A DNA stretch of 64,000 nt, from the NCBI GenBank assembly GCA_964035545.1, contig OZ037770.1, positions 4,744,662-4,808,661 of the forward strand, in the 5' to 3' direction. The translations under genes were made by a program, and so were the position numbers. The notes under the pieces are model-generated. The model saw only the letters and a program-made list of their open reading frames with translations, was not told the DNA's origin and made no database searches. The first letter of the stretch is position 1. Each line of letters starts with the position of its first letter. Shown piece after piece: positions 59,687-64,000 of this stretch. This DNA comes from Bugula neritina (Eukaryota > Animalia > Bryozoa).

Positions 59687-60016
59687 GTTTGTTTGTCACT
59701 ACAAATTTTATATCATTTTCAACATTCAATAATTATTATTTTGTAGCATAATTTCATCACAGTAAATACTACATTAAGATGTTTATACTTTTTTTCTGCA
59801 AACCTCCATATGAATCTTACCGTTTCTGGGGATATTGTTAATTAGCACGCTATCTAGAAATTTCCCGACTTCACAAATAAATTTTTAGTCTTCCAATATC
59901 TTTTCTGAAATGCTTCCCATAATAGGTTGACTGGGCTTTTCTTCAGAAATCGTTTTATCAACTCTTTTCATTATATTATAATGATAGCTACTTCTGTACA
60001 CATAATTGGTATATAT

Positions 60017-63000
60017 TGTAGTAATTTTGGTAATTACTGGTTTTGTGGGCTTCTAGCGAGCAATATATTTATATTATCTTCCAATAATATCACGGCTTGT
60101 AACAGGAATGAATGATTTATTTATACACAATAAAAGTAGTAGCAAAACGATAAATCCGGTATCACTGGTAAAAATATACATCTATCTTACACTAACTAGC
60201 CATCATACTCTGAGTATGGCTGCTATCTACATCCAGCGCCCTCTGCGCATCGCTGGGGCTCTCATGTGACAGATATATGATTGGCTGGGGAGCGCGTGGG
60301 ATAACATACTACACTCCCCACTACACTGCCTCTCCCAGCAGGAAGCCCACCTTCCTGATAATACCAAAATAAAAAATTAAAATAACAACAAAAAAACAAT
60401 AAGATATCTGCATCACAAGATCAAAAAATGTATACTTAGGCCAACGGCCTATTAAAAAAAAATCTTGTTAAAATATAAAAATTATGTACTATAAAACTAA
60501 GAGATTGTATATGTACCAAGAGCCTCTGGTCTGGCACCAAGAGATATGATGTGTAGAGAGACGGTAAGTGAGGCACCACCTGCGGCGCAGATCAGGAGGA
60601 CAGCTGGATGGAGTTAGGGACGGGGAAATAGAAAGGGAAGGAGAACGTCATCCATGACACGTGTCGGGGCAATGTGGAGGGTAGACACTCAGTCTTCATC
60701 ATCCCTCTTGAGCTGGGCCACATAGTCCCGGAGAGCCTTGAGTTCAGAAGCGGCGGCTGATATCCTAGGCGCCAACCGCTTGATCTCCCTCTCTCTAGTT
60801 CATGCATCCGTTGCTCCATCTCTCTTAGATTTCTAGCAACAGAGGAGTGGCGGTTGGGGGATGAAGATTGCTAACGCCGGCGTCATCTCTGGGGGATTTC
60901 TATCCGTTGTACGACTACTACGGGTACGGTGTTGGAAAAGGGCACAGTGTGAGCAGGGGGTGACGGGCGAGGTATTGTGAGCTTCCTAAACCCAGGGGAT
61001 TTGGGGCAGGGTCCTTGGGTAATGGTACGGGGAGCGGGGAATTTTTGGCTCAGCCGTTTGTAACGTGCAGGGTCTGAAATGAATGGCTTGGTGAGGCCTA
61101 GAAAAGTAGAGAAGGAAAGCTTGTTCACATTGTAGAGATGTCCAGTGTGACACTCCATAGTCCTCTGGTAACGGAGGATGTAGTCCCTGTGGTAGCTGTA
61201 CTCCCCACAGGGACAGAAGGTGGTGATGAAATGTTGAGGGATGTGTACTCGGAGGCGGCGAGGTGTGGTAAAATGCTGTTGACAAAGCCGGCAGGTGGTG
61301 CAGTCGTCGTCTCCTTTATTTTGTTGAATCATGTCCTCGGTATGTTGGGTAACCCAGCTAGACCGGGTTATGAGTATTTCTGGTAGTGTTGTGGAGGTAG
61401 GTTCCGTCTCCTAAGCCATCTCCAATGGTGGCATATCATTGTAGTTAGGAGAGCGAGTGGTACCTGAAAGAGCAGAATTATTGTTGGATCGAATTTGATC
61501 TTTACAGCATAATTCTGATGACAATCGACTGTTACTAGTCTGAGAGTCATGCATCTTTTTGTACGGCACTCGAGAGACTGTGTTTGGATGCCTAGACTGA
61601 CTGAGAAACATAGTGACATGGCTGGAACTGTTTGCCCCGGGCGCATTAATTCCACCTACTACTCCGCCCTCGCAAAAAATGATATTTTCGTGGTGTTTAC
61701 AACTCCCACGTTTCGCTGCCAGTCTCTCCGTACGGCACTCAGCTTGGCCTTCATATCTGCCGCTTGTAACACAGTCACATACGAAGTCTTTCAAATATGC
61801 TGGGGGTTGCCTAGTACGTTGTCCACTTTCTAAGGGAAGTGGTGTGCTAGTTGGGGGAGATGGTGTAGTCACTGCTGGTGGGGGTGTACTCACTGGTGGA
61901 CTTTTATGTTCCGCCGGTGGCGTTTTCGGCCTGCTATTGACTGTTGTATCATTTTCAAGATCTCCAGATGGAGCCCTCCCCTGGGGGGGTTATGCACTTC
62001 CGGAGCTGAAACAGGTTCCGGAAGTGGTGGCGTTAGACTTGGCGCTGGAGGTGGTGGGCGCACTTTTGGTAACGCAAGTGGCCTTTCCTGCCTCACCAAG
62101 TCTTCTGCCCGCGGCATGATCACTTCATACTCTGGTTCAGGTCGCCGCCGCCCGCGCGTTGCTGTCTGCCTCCTGGGCTCTAACAACGGGGGAGCTTTTC
62201 CTGCCGCACCTGGGCTAGTCCAATACGACTTCAAGCGAGCCTCATTTTAGATAGACACCTGTCCTGAGCGCTCAAACTTGTAGGTGTGATTGGGCATCAC
62301 TTCAACTACCGCGTAGGGTCTCACGAACTTAGGCTGTAGCTTAGCCGCCTGTTCTCGATGCCTACGGCAGTTGACCATTCAGACCCAGTCTCCAACTTGG
62401 TAGAGGGGTGGTTCTTCGGAGTCTTCTTTTTGCACTTGCCACTGCTTTTTCCGCAGTATTTCGTGTGCAACCTTCATTTGCTCTACCGATTTGCTGGCAT
62501 ACCCAAATCCCAAACCCCAAATCCTGGGGGGGTAACCCAGTCTTCCACAGCTCGTACTCTTTCAGGATCAGTCGCCACGCCATGACGGCCGACGTGGTGC
62601 CCCAGGTACTTCACCTCCAGCTGCAAGAGAGCGCTCTTGGAAGGTTTGAGCTTCAGGCCGGCACCTCTGAGTCATTCGAACATCTCCTGCATATGACTGA
62701 CGTGTGTCTGGAAATCCGGGAAAATCACAATGACAACATCGAGGTAGACTAGCAGTGTCTCCCAGTGGAGCCCACTGAGGACCTGTTCCATGAGCCTCTG
62801 AAACGTGGCGGGGGCGGAGGTCAACCCAAAGGGTAGTACTTTCCACTTCCACAGTCCGTTCCATGTGATGAACGCCGTCTTCTCCTGGGCGTCGGGAGTC
62901 AGAGGGACCTGCCAATAACCGCTCAGCAAGTTTAGTGTGCTAAAGTACTTGCTGCCGGCCAGGGCGTCCAGAGATTCATCAATCCGAGGTAGAGGGTAGG

Positions 63001-63167
63001 CGTCCTGTATGCTTACGCTATTTAGTTTGCGGTAATCCACACAGAACCACCAACTGCCGTTTTTCTTCCGGACCAGGACGACCGGCGAGCTCCACGCACT
63101 ATGTGCTGGCTCTATGAGGCCGCGGTCCAAAAGATCCCGGACTTGTCGGCTGACCTCCTTTTCTTCA
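60017..63167 (-). mobile_element. Decayed, 5'-truncated and internally deleted Ty3/gypsy element related to elements 3 and 4, in the intron after LRR exon 15 (element 5)
   Basis: 3' LTR ~60017-60325 (TGTAGT...ACTACA) followed by the same cccagcag(g/a)aagccc context as element 3. RT at ~63160-62600 (QDAYPLPRIDESLDAL; YLDV) is joined almost directly to the integrase C-terminus near 62480. Zn-finger ORF at 61332-60883. Stops and frameshifts throughout. Confidence 0.9.
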
Positions 63168-64000
63168 TTAGTAAAAAATCACTTAGTAGATTATATAGTA
63201 TGTTTGATTTAGGTAATTCAAGTTCTACTTTTATTTATTTTGAAATAAAAGATCTGCCTTTATATTGTAAACCAAAGAAGACAAAAAAAATTATTCAATA
63301 TTGCAACTTTGTTTTTTTTTCATGCTCTTTTTTGGTTATCTATCTCCAATTCTCAGTGTAATAGAAACCAATTTTTATCCTATTCCTGTTCTTAAACAGC
63401 CTGTTAATATATTGTTTCATAATTACTTTACAATTCTAAATTTTGAATTAACTTGCCTTTAAAAATGTAACGTGTTCCTGCAAGATGATGACTTTCCAGA
63501 ATTTTATTCTCTCGTAGTGAAATAATTCACAACTTCTATTTCCTGTCTAGAAACTATAATACATTTATTAGAGCAATTAGTGAGAGGTTGTGGCAGAAGT
63601 ATTTTATTCTACTTGAAATTACTTTAATTAATGGCTTGTGTAGATGTTTCAGAGCTCTACTGTGTTCCTATTTGATGATAAATTGCATGTATTATGACAC
63701 ATATAAAACAATATTCCTTATAATTATAACATCCATATAGTAGAATATCAGTGTGAGTAGTTACTCAGTGATCAGAAATGTCAGAAGTATTTTATTTTCA
63801 CTTGACATAACTTTAATGCCTTATGCGGAATATGCCACAAAGCTGTAGCCTACCATGTTCATGTTTGCTGATAACTGTGTTATGGCACATACTAGGAATT
63901 TTCTACTCTGTAGTATAAAATATTACTCTCTCTAGTAGAACAGCAGTGTGAACAGTTACTCAGTTATCTGCCATATAGAAAAAGATGATAGTATTACATG

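Overview
AT-rich, intron-containing invertebrate (metazoan) genomic DNA, not prokaryotic. Host genes: (i) a probable terminal exon of an unidentified + strand gene (57-307); (ii) a complete 9-exon, ~473-aa proline dehydrogenase-family gene on the - strand (19883-3847) with the PRODH2/hydroxyproline-type Ser signature; (iii) only the last two exons of RPF1 (23807-21723, -); (iv) two out-of-order exons of a single-pass membrane protein; (v) an LRR pseudo-fragment with a Roco-type hinge motif (~36.8-37.1 kb); (vi) the 5' part of a + strand LRR gene built from at least 15 tandem 138-nt phase-2 exons (30 LRRs) whose predicted concave-face codons are hypervariable. Mobile DNA: five Ty3/gypsy LTR retrotransposons (two decayed Mag-type elements, one of them inside a PRODH coding exon and possibly removable as an in-frame intron; one intact young element; one young non-autonomous element; one decayed truncated element), a solo-LTR-like insert, an RTE LINE 5' fragment, a Dong/R4-type fragment in a TAA repeat, a PIF/Harbinger-type MITE and microsatellites. 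The most interesting signals are the hypervariable shuffled LRR exon array, the possible intronisation of an LTR element in PRODH exon 2, and a zinc-finger plus coiled-coil module at the 3' end of three related gypsy elements. All calls come from reading the sequence by eye; no database searches were run.
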